Assembly (NCBI RefSeq): GCF_009914755.1
Contig: NC_060941.1
Strand: one strand, 5' to 3'
Source: the human T2T-CHM13v2.0 reference genome, Homo sapiens
Length of the DNA: 64,000 nucleotides
Position 1 is the first letter of the stretch. Every line of letters starts with the position of its first letter. Below the pieces are notes generated by a model, which worked only from the letters and a program-made list of their open reading frames with translations, searched no databases and was not told where the DNA came from. Positions 1 through 15,370 of this stretch are shown piece after piece. The translations under genes were made by a program, and so were the position numbers.

Positions 1-73
1 AACTAAGCATAGGAAAAAATAAGGCAATTTTTAAAACAAGGAAAAACAAAATATTGAATAAGAAAGAAACCTA

Positions 74-375
74 GCTGCCACGGTGGCTCACACTTGTAAT
101 CCCAGCATTTTGGGAGCCTGAGGAGGGCAGATCACTTGAAGTCAGCAGTTCGAGAATAGCCTGGCCAACATGGTGAAACCCTGTCTCTACAAAAAATACA
201 AAAATTACCCAGGTGTGGCAGTGTGCACCTGTAATCCCAGCTACTTGGAAGGCTGAGGTGGGAGGGAGAATCTCTTGAACCTGGGAGGCAGAGGTTGCAG
301 TGAGCCAAGGTTGTGCCACTGCACTTCAGCCTGGGTGACAGCGCAAGACCCTGTCTCAAAATACAAAAAAAAGAG
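74..375 (+). mobile_element. Alu (S/J)
   Basis: Full dimeric Alu with A tail. Confidence 0.9.
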
Positions 376-584
376 AAAAAGAAAGAAAACTATATCATAG
401 TACACTATGTTGCAAGGAATATTTACATAGTCATAATATTGTAAATAACACTGATTTAACCAAAAATTGTGATATAATTTCACTGGATTTTGTCAGGGAG
501 GGATGTAAGAAAGTTAAATACGTATCTCTTCTACAAATGCAAAGCAAAAGATAAGTTTAAAATTATTTTAAAATAACAGTAAAG

Positions 585-933
<349 letters not shown>

Positions 934-1247
934 GTAAAAATATTTAGAACTAAATGGTGGTATGTACCAGAAGCAACTACTAGAAACTGGTTGCTTCTGG
1001 AACCCTGATAAAATTGAGCTAGGTAAGGATAGGAACTCTTGTTTTCACTAACTCTTTTTTTATTCTATTTTAACTATGTGCATATGTCACTTTGATAAAA
1101 TAAGTAAATAAGTAAGATTTACTTGCAAAACAGGTGATGCATTTCCTACTGATACATAGATTCATCATAAATCAAAGATTGCATTTCATCACACCCTCTG
1201 CCCTAGTAACCTGATTTCGGGTCCTTATTTGACACCATGGTTTGTTT

Positions 1248-1650
<403 letters not shown>

Positions 1651-1860
1651 TAGAGAATCACCAAAGGAAAATTCATGCACAGAGTATAAAATATTCCCCC
1701 CAAAGAGACTTACTAAGTTTTATGAAAATAAAACTAGTTATTTCCACAAGATGTTCTGAGTTATATTTATATAGATTACTATCCTGCCAAGTTATTTTAT
1801 TGTTAAAAAATAAACACTTCATGAAAGGTAAACAGTTCTCAGTCTTACGTAGATGCTAAA

Positions 1861-4100
1861 AAAGTTGATCTCATAGAAGTAGAGAGTAGAATAGTGGTTA
1901 CTAGAGGCGAGGAAAGGGATGGGGGAGGAAGTGATAGCTGAAAGTTGGTTATGTATAGAAAAGTACAGCCAGATAGGAGGGAAAAGTTGTAGCATGCTAC
2001 AGCACTATAGGGTGACTATAATTAACAACAATTGGTTGTATATTTTCAAATAGCTAGACGACCAGATTTTTTAATGTTCCCAACACAAAGAAATGACAAA
2101 TGTTTGAGATGATGGATATGCTAATGGCCATGTGTAATGGCCTATTTGACATTATATACACGTATCTAAACATCACACTGATGGCAACGGCGAGCCTTCT
2201 GGAGTGGCCGCTGACGTCACGCCAGCTGCAGCAGGGAGACACAGGCAGTGGTGGCAGGATTGGCTTCAAGAGCAGCAATAGTGGCAGTGGGTCCCCTGTG
2301 CTCCACGTCACCGAAGCAGCCCATGGCACAGCTGTCAATGTGGGTTGGTGGGGGGCGGGGGGGAGGCGGAGCTGGGCCTGGGGCGGTGCCCCACTCCACA
2401 AAGGCAGCGGGACCCAGGGACAAGCGGGGCCCGCCCACCCCACCCCACCTCAGGAGCCAGGCTGAGCCCGCCCGCCAGCAGAAGAGCAGCACGGTTGGGC
2501 AGGAGGGGCAGGCAGAGAGGGGCCCAGCGAGGACATGGAGCCCCCACACCAGGCTGCAAGGAGATGCGGCCAGGGCTGCCGACATGCTCCAGGCAGTGAG
2601 CGAAAGCCCCGCCCTCTCAGATGCAGGACCTGGACATCTCTGGATTCTGCACCCTCAGGGGTCCGGGGAAGTCCCCCTGCCCCTGCAGGCTCAGGAATGT
2701 CTGCTCCTGCTGCCTGGCCTCTCCCGACTCCCAGCCCCTGCTCCAATCTTGGAGCAGGGCTGAAGCCAAGCCAGGTAACTGTCACAGCCCGGCCAGGTAT
2801 GTGGACACTCAGGGCGGTGCTGACGTGCTAGCTGCCTGCCACCTCAGCCCGCTTTGGACTTTGGGCACCAAAAAGCAAGATGGGGGAATCAAGGGGAGAT
2901 TAGTGCAGCTCGGTGCTGGCCTGCAGGTGCCCCTTGGCAGGAGCAGCCTGGGAGCCATGGATGGCGGCAGGCAGCAGACAGGCTCCTGGGCAGAAGGGGG
3001 CAGGTCCCCACTGAGGCCCCACCTTCCGGGCCAGGGAGGGCCTGAAGGCTGGGGGCCAGGCTGCTAGTCCTGTGGACTGGAGTGGGAACTTGTGGTGCCT
3101 TTTCCAGGCACAGCAATCCATAGACCAATCAGTGCATACTTCCTCCCCTCTGAGGCCCATAAAAGCCCCAGGATCAGCCAGAGCTGTACAGATGATGGAA
3201 CAACCAGCTGCAGGGAGGAATTACCTTCTCTGCTGAGAGCTGGACAGATGATGGGACCACCAGGTGCAGAGAGGAGCTACCCTCTCTGCTGAGAGCTGGA
3301 CCGAGGATGGGATGACCAGCTGAAGAGAAAAGCTACCCCTTCTGCTGAGAGCTGAACACTCTTCAGGATACCCTGGCTACAGAGAGGAGCTGCCCACTGC
3401 AGGTCTCCTCTAAGCTGTTCTATTGCTCAATAAAGCTCCTCTTCATCTTCCTCACCCTCCATCTGCATACCTCATTCTTCCTGGGTGCAGGACAAAAGCT
3501 TGGGATCCACTAAATGGCAAGGCTAAAAGAGCTATAACATAAACAGAGCTGAAACATTCTTGCCACATTGTGGGCAAAGAGAAGGAGAGAAGAGCTGCAG
3601 CCCTTCCAGAAGGCCAGACCTGGGAGCTCCCTGAGCCAGGGCTATGAGTCCCTCTTTGGGGCCCTGCGGTTCCTGATGTCTCCAAGCTTCCAGACGCCAT
3701 CACACTCCCCGGGAGCAGCCAGAGAAGCTGCTTGAAGTGCACCTGGTCCAGCTGCAGCCTTGCAGGAAGGCAACGCCCATGCCAGCACCTGGAGCTACCT
3801 GCTCTGTGGCAGCAGCCAGTGTGTCTTGACTGCACACTGGCTGTACCCCACTCTAGCTCACACACCCCTCCCCAGCTCCACGCCTGACTCACGCAGTCTC
3901 CCTTGGAGGCATGAGATCCAGGCTGGTAGTGTGAGCCTGCCAGGCCAAGTGGATGGAAAAAGCCCAGCGGGCCCAGACAAAGGCGCCACCAGCCACACGT
4001 TTCTGGCCAGAAAGGAGACACCCTAAAGATGCTGTAACAACACTGTACTCCATAAATATGTATAATTATTAAGTAAATTAATATAACAAAAGAAAAAGGA
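1861..4100 (+). mobile_element. L1MA 3' end fragment split by the MER52 LTR (1861-2178 and 4040-4100)
   Basis: gatctcatagaagtagagagtagaatagtggtta...aaacatcacac / acactgtactccataaatatg is typical of an L1MA 3' UTR. Confidence 0.8.
2179..4039 (+). mobile_element. MER52 (ERV1) solo LTR, about 1.86 kb
   Basis: TGATGGCA...CTGTAACA termini; 4-bp TSD acac (2175-2178 and 4040-4043); GC-rich U3; CCAAT near 3125; TATA-like cataaaa near 3158; ~52-bp internal repeats at 3176-3390; AATAAA near 3429. Confidence 0.88.
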
Positions 4101-4420
4101 AACTGTTTATTCGTAAAAAGAAAGTGTTAAATAATACTTCCAGAAAAAAACAAAAAGATGTTAGTTGCTCCATCTTCTTGGTATATTTTATTGTTTTTGC
4201 CTGACAATGTGTGTGTGTGTTTTTTTTTTCATGTAAGAATTGTCCTAAGAGTTCCAGAGGGGTCTTAGGATAGGACTGTGTCAGATAATATATCCCACAG
4301 AATTGTTGACTATTATATGCTAGGTATGAGCCCAGACCATAAAATGTTTATAGAACATGAGAATCAGAAAGTTACTAATACTCTGCTTAAATTTATTATC
4401 ATTATAATTTGTTTTTATTT

Positions 4421-4548
4421 ATTTTTTTTTTTTGAGATGAGGTCTCACTATGTTGCCCAGGCTGGCCTTGAACTCCTGGCCTCAAGCATTCCTCCCACTT
4501 CAGCCTCCCAAAGTGCTAGGATACAGGCATAAGCCACCATGCCCAGCC
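4421..4548 (-). mobile_element. FLAM/Alu left monomer
   Basis: Antisense monomer with T-tail. Confidence 0.8.
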
Positions 4549-5377
4549 TCTTCTTAAATTTATAGAATAGAACACTCCTTATTACTTTTCTCCCTTCCTC
4601 AACTCTTAAAAGCAAAGGAGCCTTTTCTATGCAAAATATCTAGAATACCTCAGAATATTACCTACTTATATCTGACAGACTGTCAGACCAATAACTAATT
4701 CTAGGACTGATTCCACAAACCAGATTACCACTCTGCCTTAGGCAACTTCATGCTGCCAACACATAGAATACCAACTCCTGCGACTCAGTCTCCTTTTCTT
4801 GCCTCTGAACATACCTTGTCTATTTAGGTCTATTTAAATACACAACTACAAGAGATACTCAGAGCATAAGCAGTATTACTAGAGATCAATGAGGTAAGTT
4901 ATTCGTATGCCCTTGCAATTAGCTTCACACTGGTTTAAAATAATTAAATAATTTCTTTGAAGTTCTGGGTTGTAACTCCCTTTCCACTCACTAGCTTCCT
5001 TTAAAGCAATATTTGTCCCTACTCAATAGCTGATCTATTCCTAACCCAAGGAAGAAACTGAATCCTCCTCAGGTCCGCTGGTGCCCAAAAATGCCTATTA
5101 AAGCTTCTGGTTCAATTACTAGGTTTCAAGTCAAAATTGCTCTCTTTAAAATTAGTAGCTCTGAATTTTGCCTATTGAGACTTCCTGAGTAGCTTTTTTC
5201 TTTGCTGTTCTACGCTTTTCATCCATGATCTTAAAATTGGCCTCCTTGTCCTCACAAGTGGCTCCTCCTGTCTGTCCTTATTCTACTTTATTATCCATAT
5301 TTTTCATGGAAGTGAATTATCCTGGATCTTCTATTCTCAGTAATCTCATTCTGGAGTCTCCTTGCTTTAACTTAGAT

Positions 5378-5719
<342 letters not shown>

Positions 5720-6225
5720 TAGTTAAACCCAAATATAACTTCATATCATAAGGAAAAGACAGAGTTCCAAATTTATCACTGGGCATTTCTTCTTTTCACT
5801 ATCCCAACTTTCCCAGCCTAACCCAGCCCTCACCCTTCTCCCCTCCATTCCAGGCAAGTTTCCAAGTCAATGGTAGAACATCACAAGTTAACTGTACTTG
5901 TAACTTTTCCAATTTCACTCAAGCTAGTCATATACCTAAATTCCTACAATTCTGATCAAAGTTTTGGAAGTTCTTTTGTCTCAGAACTTAAGTGACTAGG
6001 AAAAGATCATTAAGTAAATAATAAAGTTCAACCAAAATACAAATGCCCTAACAAAGATAGAAAAGGAAATGATAGTTCTGTCCAATAGTCAACTTTTATA
6101 TTCCAGGCTCACTTTCCTAAATAGTGTTAAGTATTCTTCCTGAAAAACCCAAAAAGTATATTTAATTTAACATTTTACCAACTTTTGTGAAACAACTGAA
6201 GTACAATAAAACTGCATATACTTAG

Positions 6226-7207
6226 ACTGGGTGTGGTGACTCACACCTGTAATCCCAGCACTTTGGGAGGCCAAGGCAGGCGGACTGCTTGAGTCCAGGA
6301 GTTCAAGACCAGCCTGGGGAACATGGCAAAACCCTATCTCTACAAAAAAATACAAGTTAGCCAGGCATAGTGGCATGCACTTGTAGTCCCAGCTTCTCAG
6401 GAGGCTGAGGCTGGAGGATCACTTGAGCCTGGGGAGGTCAATGCTGCAGTGAGCTGTGATCATGCCACTGTACTCCAGCCTGGCCACCAGAGTAAGACCC
6501 CATCTCAAAAAAAAATAAAATAAACTTTAATATTAAAAAATCTGCACACATTTAAAGTATACAATTGAGGTCAGGCACAGTGGCTCACACCTGTAAACCT
6601 AGCACTTTGGGAGGCCAAGGTGGGAGGATTGCTTGAGTCCAGGAGTTCAAGACCAGCCTGGGGAACACAGCAAAACAAAAAAATACAAGTTAGCCAGGCA
6701 TAGTGGCATGCACTTGTAGTCCCAGCTTCTCAGGAGGCTGAGGCTGGAGGATCACTTGAGCTTGGGGAGGTCAACGCTGCAGTGAGCTGTGATCATGCCA
6801 CTGTACTCCAGCCTGGCCACCAGAGTAAGACCCCATCTCAAAAAAAAATAAAATAAACTTTAATATTAAAAAATCTGCACACATTTAAAGTATACAATTG
6901 AGGTCAGGCACAGTGGCTCACACCTGTAAACCTAGCACTTTGGGAGGCCAAGGTGGGAGGATTGCTTGAGCTCAGGAGTTCAAGATCAGTTTTGGCAACA
7001 TAGCGAAACCCCATCTCTACAAAACAAAAATAAAATAAAATACAAAAAATTAGCTGGGCATGGTGGTGCATGCCTGTAGTCCCAGATACTCGGGAGGCTG
7101 AGGCACGAGACTCGCTTGAACCTGGGAGGTGGAGGTTGAGGTGAGCAGAGATCACGCCACTCCAGCCTGGGTGACAGAGCGAGATGCTGTCTCAAGAAAG
7201 AAAAAAG
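6226..7207 (+). mobile_element. Three tandem Alus; the middle one is a chimera made by tandem duplication
   Basis: Alus at about 6226-6520, 6569-6855 and 6902-7207. Confidence 0.9.
6286..6962 (+). repeat. Direct tandem duplication with 344-bp and 333-bp units
   Basis: Near-identical copies at 6286-6629 and 6630-6962, including the non-Alu spacer. Confidence 0.95.
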
Positions 7208-7293
7208 TGTACAGTCAATCGGTTTTGTCATGCATATATACCAATCACTAAACACAATGAAGAAAACAAAAACCAAACATTTCTATCGCCTCA

Positions 7294-7600
<307 letters not shown>

Positions 7601-8258
7601 TTACTCTGCCCCTATATAACCTATGCTTTCCCTTTTCTCCTGCACCAATATCGGCACCCAGTCTCCAGGCAAGCTTCCTTTCACAATAGATTAGTTTGCA
7701 TTTCCTGGAATTTTATATGAATGTAATCTTAAACATGCATGCTATTTTTTCCTGGCTTAATTTATTCAGCATAATGCTTCTGAGATTCATTCATGTTGTT
7801 GCATATACCAATAGAGCTTCCTTTTTATCACTGAATCATCTAATAAAATTTTACAAAGAAGTAAAAAGAAAATCCTCATTGTGAAAACATCTTACTCTAT
7901 GTATAGTACACAGAACTTACATTTTCAAGATATTTCTATTTTGAAAGAGAGAATGTCAAAGAAAGACTACTCAATGAAAAAAAATTACTGGTATCATAAT
8001 CTTTAAGGAAAAATAAAAACAAATTAAAGACTTCAATTACAGTTGACCCTTGAACAACACAGAAGCTGGGGCACAACTCCCCGCAAGGTTGAAAATCTGA
8101 GTATAACTTTGGACTCCAGAAAAGCTTTACTAATAGCCTGACAATCACAAGCCTTACCAAAAACATAAACAGTTGATAACACATATTATATGCCTTCCAC
8201 AGTGTATTCTTACAATAAAGTAAGCAGAGAAGAAAAATGTTATTAAGAAAATCATAAA

Positions 8259-8734
<476 letters not shown>

Positions 8735-9361
8735 TTATCATAAGTTTATGTCATCTGTTTACAGCAAGAATCATCTGTCTGAAGTGGCAGGCAACCACAG
8801 CTGCAGACCTCAATCTACTTTACGTATCAAACAATTCAATTTTTTCCTATAATGTCATGATTTTCTCTGCTTCTTGGGAACACTTCCAGGATCACAAGTG
8901 GCACTTGATATGGGTCACATGGTGTTATTCAAGGTTTAGGGTACTGCACTAAACACAATAAAAAATATGTGAGAAACACAAGAGATCACTTTTACTGTAA
9001 TATGCCATTTACTGGAAAGATGAAGTGCTCATATGGAGATGATTAGCACCTCGAATACTTACAGTACTTGAGTTTACTGTAAAAAAGCAACAAGAGGTGG
9101 CCATGCAATTACTATAGTATTATAATATATATTACAGTTAATTTTATGCAGTTATGGTTTAATATTGCATTTTCTGTTTGCATTTTTCTGGACTGCAAAT
9201 GAGGCCATGTACGATCTGTGTTTGTATGCATAAGGTTTGATAAATTTTAACTTTTAATAATAGATGTATAAATTTTATGGTAGTACCTGATAAAATAAAC
9301 TAGTATCTACTTGTATTTTATGCATTCACAACATATCTCTCTCAATTTTTTGATGTTTCTA

Positions 9362-9721
<360 letters not shown>

Positions 9722-9783
9722 CTATTCAAATCCATATTGTTCAAGGGTCAACTGTGTCTAGCTTTAGCAGCTCAATATATATA

Positions 9784-10209
9784 CAGAGATGGGGTTTCAC
9801 CATGTTGGTCAGACTGGTCTCAAACTCCTGACCTCGTGATCCACCTGCCTCGGCCTCCCAAAGTGCTGGGATTACAGGCGTGAGCCACCGCGCCCAGCCA
9901 CGTTTTTTTATTTAACAGTTGCTGATGTTTCTTGTTATTTTTTAAGAGACAGGGTCTCTATTGCCCAGGCTGGAGTGCAGTGGCATGATCACTGCAGCCT
10001 CAATCTCCCAGCCTCAAGTGATCCTCCCATCTTAGCTTCCCAAGTAGCTGAGACTACAGGCGTGCAAGACACCCAGCTAATTTTTTTTATTTTTTGTAGA
10101 GAGGAGGTCTCACTATGTTGTCAGGGCTGGTCTTAAACTCCTGGGCTCAAGCAATCCTTGAGATTCCGAAAAGTGGTGGGATTACAGGTGTGAACCACCA
10201 CACCCGGCC
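9784..10209 (-). mobile_element. Partial Alu plus AluJ (antisense)
   Basis: Antisense Alu pieces at 9784-9899 and 9937-10209. Confidence 0.85.
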
Positions 10210-11374
10210 CTCCATTTGTATCCTTGCCTGAGTCCCTGCAAATATTAAGTATGTGTCTGTCTTTCTTCATCCAAACACCCACTTATTCCTACACATAAAA
10301 TCTTTCTTCTATGCATAAAACAACTCCATTCCTAACAAAGACTTCCACAAAGTCCTATCCAGTTCCTACATTCAGGTCCAAGGTCTCTATGTGATTTTCA
10401 ATTCTTTCCACTAACTCTAAAGGTGATTCATTGTGGTCTGGTGACCTATAAACTAAAACACAAGTTGTACCTCTTCTTTTACTTGTATTATGAATGGTGA
10501 AGTAGAAAAAAATATATCTACAATAGAAATTTCCATTCAGAAAAGGGAAAAGTGGAAAACATACGGTAGTCATGAAGGTAAACTGCCAGGGCAAGAGAGT
10601 ACGTTCATTGGTCAGCCCAGTTACAAGTCCAGGTTTTGTTCCCTGAGACAAAAACCCTGTCTATAGCCCTCCCTGGCCCTTAGCCTTATTCCTTAGCAAT
10701 TATTTTTCAAGAAGTGGGCAATGGGTCATGTGCTTTTGTTGAAGGTTACACAGATCTTGTTGTTGCATTGAATTTTGCAACATGTATAACCAAATTCTGA
10801 TTAAGTTTTATCAGCTAAATTTTGGCAGAGTCTGTAACACTGCCAGTTATAAACTTAACCTTATTTTCCTTTATAATACCTATTAAGGATAGAAGTTTCT
10901 CATAAAGACTCACTTGGATAGGATCCCAACTGTTTTTATCGTCTACTACACTAGTCATGTCAGTAGCTCGGTTAATACACCAAGAATTTGAAATAAGTAA
11001 TTATACATAAGGTATTTTCTGTAAGAGTGTTTTTTAGTATGAATTACTTCTTTAACATCTGGCATACCACTTAGAACATCCATAATCTATGTAATGTTCT
11101 TGATGTAAAGTTTTCTACAAGGAGTTCACTAGTCCCATTACGCTTAACTATATGTTAGATCTTCTATTGTGAACTCTGTTTTTCAATAGCTTATGAAGCT
11201 GTTTAAATTTGCTCTAGCTTAAAACTTGACAACTAAGGACCATCAAGATAATAATGCACATATTTTTTAAAGTTCATATATGTTTACCAGAAGAGAGTGA
11301 TATACTCTGTTGTACTGTCATCTTACAGAAGCCTTGAAATCTTTTTTGTCCTGTCTTACAAAAAGAAATGAATT

Positions 11375-11710
<336 letters not shown>

Positions 11711-12535
11711 CTAGTATGAATGTTACACTATGAACAAAAAGAGAGGCAATCAACATAATGTACTAGGGAATATTTCACAGATTCTAGTTACAGGGAAAGA
11801 TTTCAAACCAGTATCCTGCTGGTTGTTCTGTCAGCTATGATGTCAAGATCAAGATATACCGTAACAAAAATGTTAGCTGCTTTTCTCTAGTTAATATAAA
11901 CAAGTTAATCATTTTACTATTACAACAGTCAGTGACCAACAGTATCAAGAGTTATCAATGACTAGAGTTGTCAAGAAAGTTGTTAGCCCTTAATGCTGGT
12001 AAGTCCAACATAAAGGGATTTAATCAATAATATAGATCAACTATCATCAAAGAAACCAAATACAAATCACTATTCTGTGATACTCTCCCTAAACCTAGAC
12101 TATCTGGTAAATATGCAGGCCCCCCAACTCAGAGGACATCTAAATGCAACAAGACTACTTCAGCATAAATTCACCAGCACTAATAGGAAAATATCCTACT
12201 AATCAGCTGTTTGTTTTCACATGTTGATCACTATGTCTAAAAACACTCCGGAATCTAATACGGCTTTTGATTAATATACACAGTTTCCTCTAATCTAGAA
12301 AAAGGTTAAGTGTTCAAAGCTTGCAAAGTTAGCAAAGCTAACTACCTTCAGGTCTCCTCGTCTCTTGGTTATTGTTTTGGTCATTCTTTTAATAGGATTT
12401 TGCAGAATAATAACAACTACTAAAAAGAAAGTATTAATAAATCAAATATTCGCTAAGTATATACAATATGCACAGCACTCTGGGGCATATGTTTTTTTTA
12501 AGTCATAAAGTCTGCCCATCAAGAATAACAATTTT

Positions 12536-14574
<2,039 letters not shown>

Positions 14575-15234
14575 CTAAAATATTCTCTGCATTGGAATGT
14601 ATAACAGTAAGTCTTCGGAAGTAAAAATTGGAGCTCCATTAATCCTAGATAAATCTCTCTTTTGCTCTAAAAATATAAAGCTACTGTTTTCAGGAAAATA
14701 ATTTAGAAATTTACATTGCTTCCTTATATAATATATTCTAAAGTGGTTATCCTTTTTAAGTGCATGAACCTTTTATAATAAAATCCCAAAAATACCGTTC
14801 CTTGCTCTTAAAAAATATATGTTATTACTTTTACTATTAAAACAAAACATTATTAGCTAGGGAATAAAGTTCTTTCCATCTACAACTGGCAGCTTGTGTA
14901 GTCCTGTAGCTTTCTTTATAGATATACTGATGTTAAAATACTGCTATGATATCTCAAAACATTAATTTCAGAATCTCACCAAGAATAATGATGCTCTGTT
15001 TACTCAGACTTAAAGGTCCAAGCTCTCCATAGGATTTTTTTTTCTCCATAGGATTTTGAAAAAGAACTCACAAGGGTCATATGCACTGACCCTTCCCTAG
15101 CTTTGCAACTAATTACCTTGTTTATAAATCCCATTATTTAACTTGACCTCCCTGCAGTTGTGGAATATAGATCATCCATTCCATGAGTCTATCCACCCAC
15201 TAAAACTAAATTCAAGCTTCAAAATTACCAGCCC

Positions 15235-15370
15235 TGCCAAGCTCAGTGGCTCACACCTGTAATCCTGACACTTTGGGAGGCCAAGGTGGGAGAGGATCAT
15301 TTGAGCTCAGGAGTTCAAAACCAGCCTGGGCAAGATGGCAAAACCACGATTCTACAAAAAATACAAAAAT
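15235..15370 (+). mobile_element. Alu left monomer; target of the L1 insertion (right monomer missing)
   Basis: Ends at the tacaaaaat linker where the L1 begins. Confidence 0.85.

Noticed and set aside
3176-3390. Regular ~52-bp repeats superficially like a CRISPR array
   Set aside because: They are internal MER52 tandem repeats in human DNA, with no unique spacers and no cas genes.
2054-4026. Dense overlapping ORFs in a GC-rich block resembling a gene or CpG island
   Set aside because: They lie in the MER52 LTR; stops are scarce because of GC content and there is no recognisable protein.
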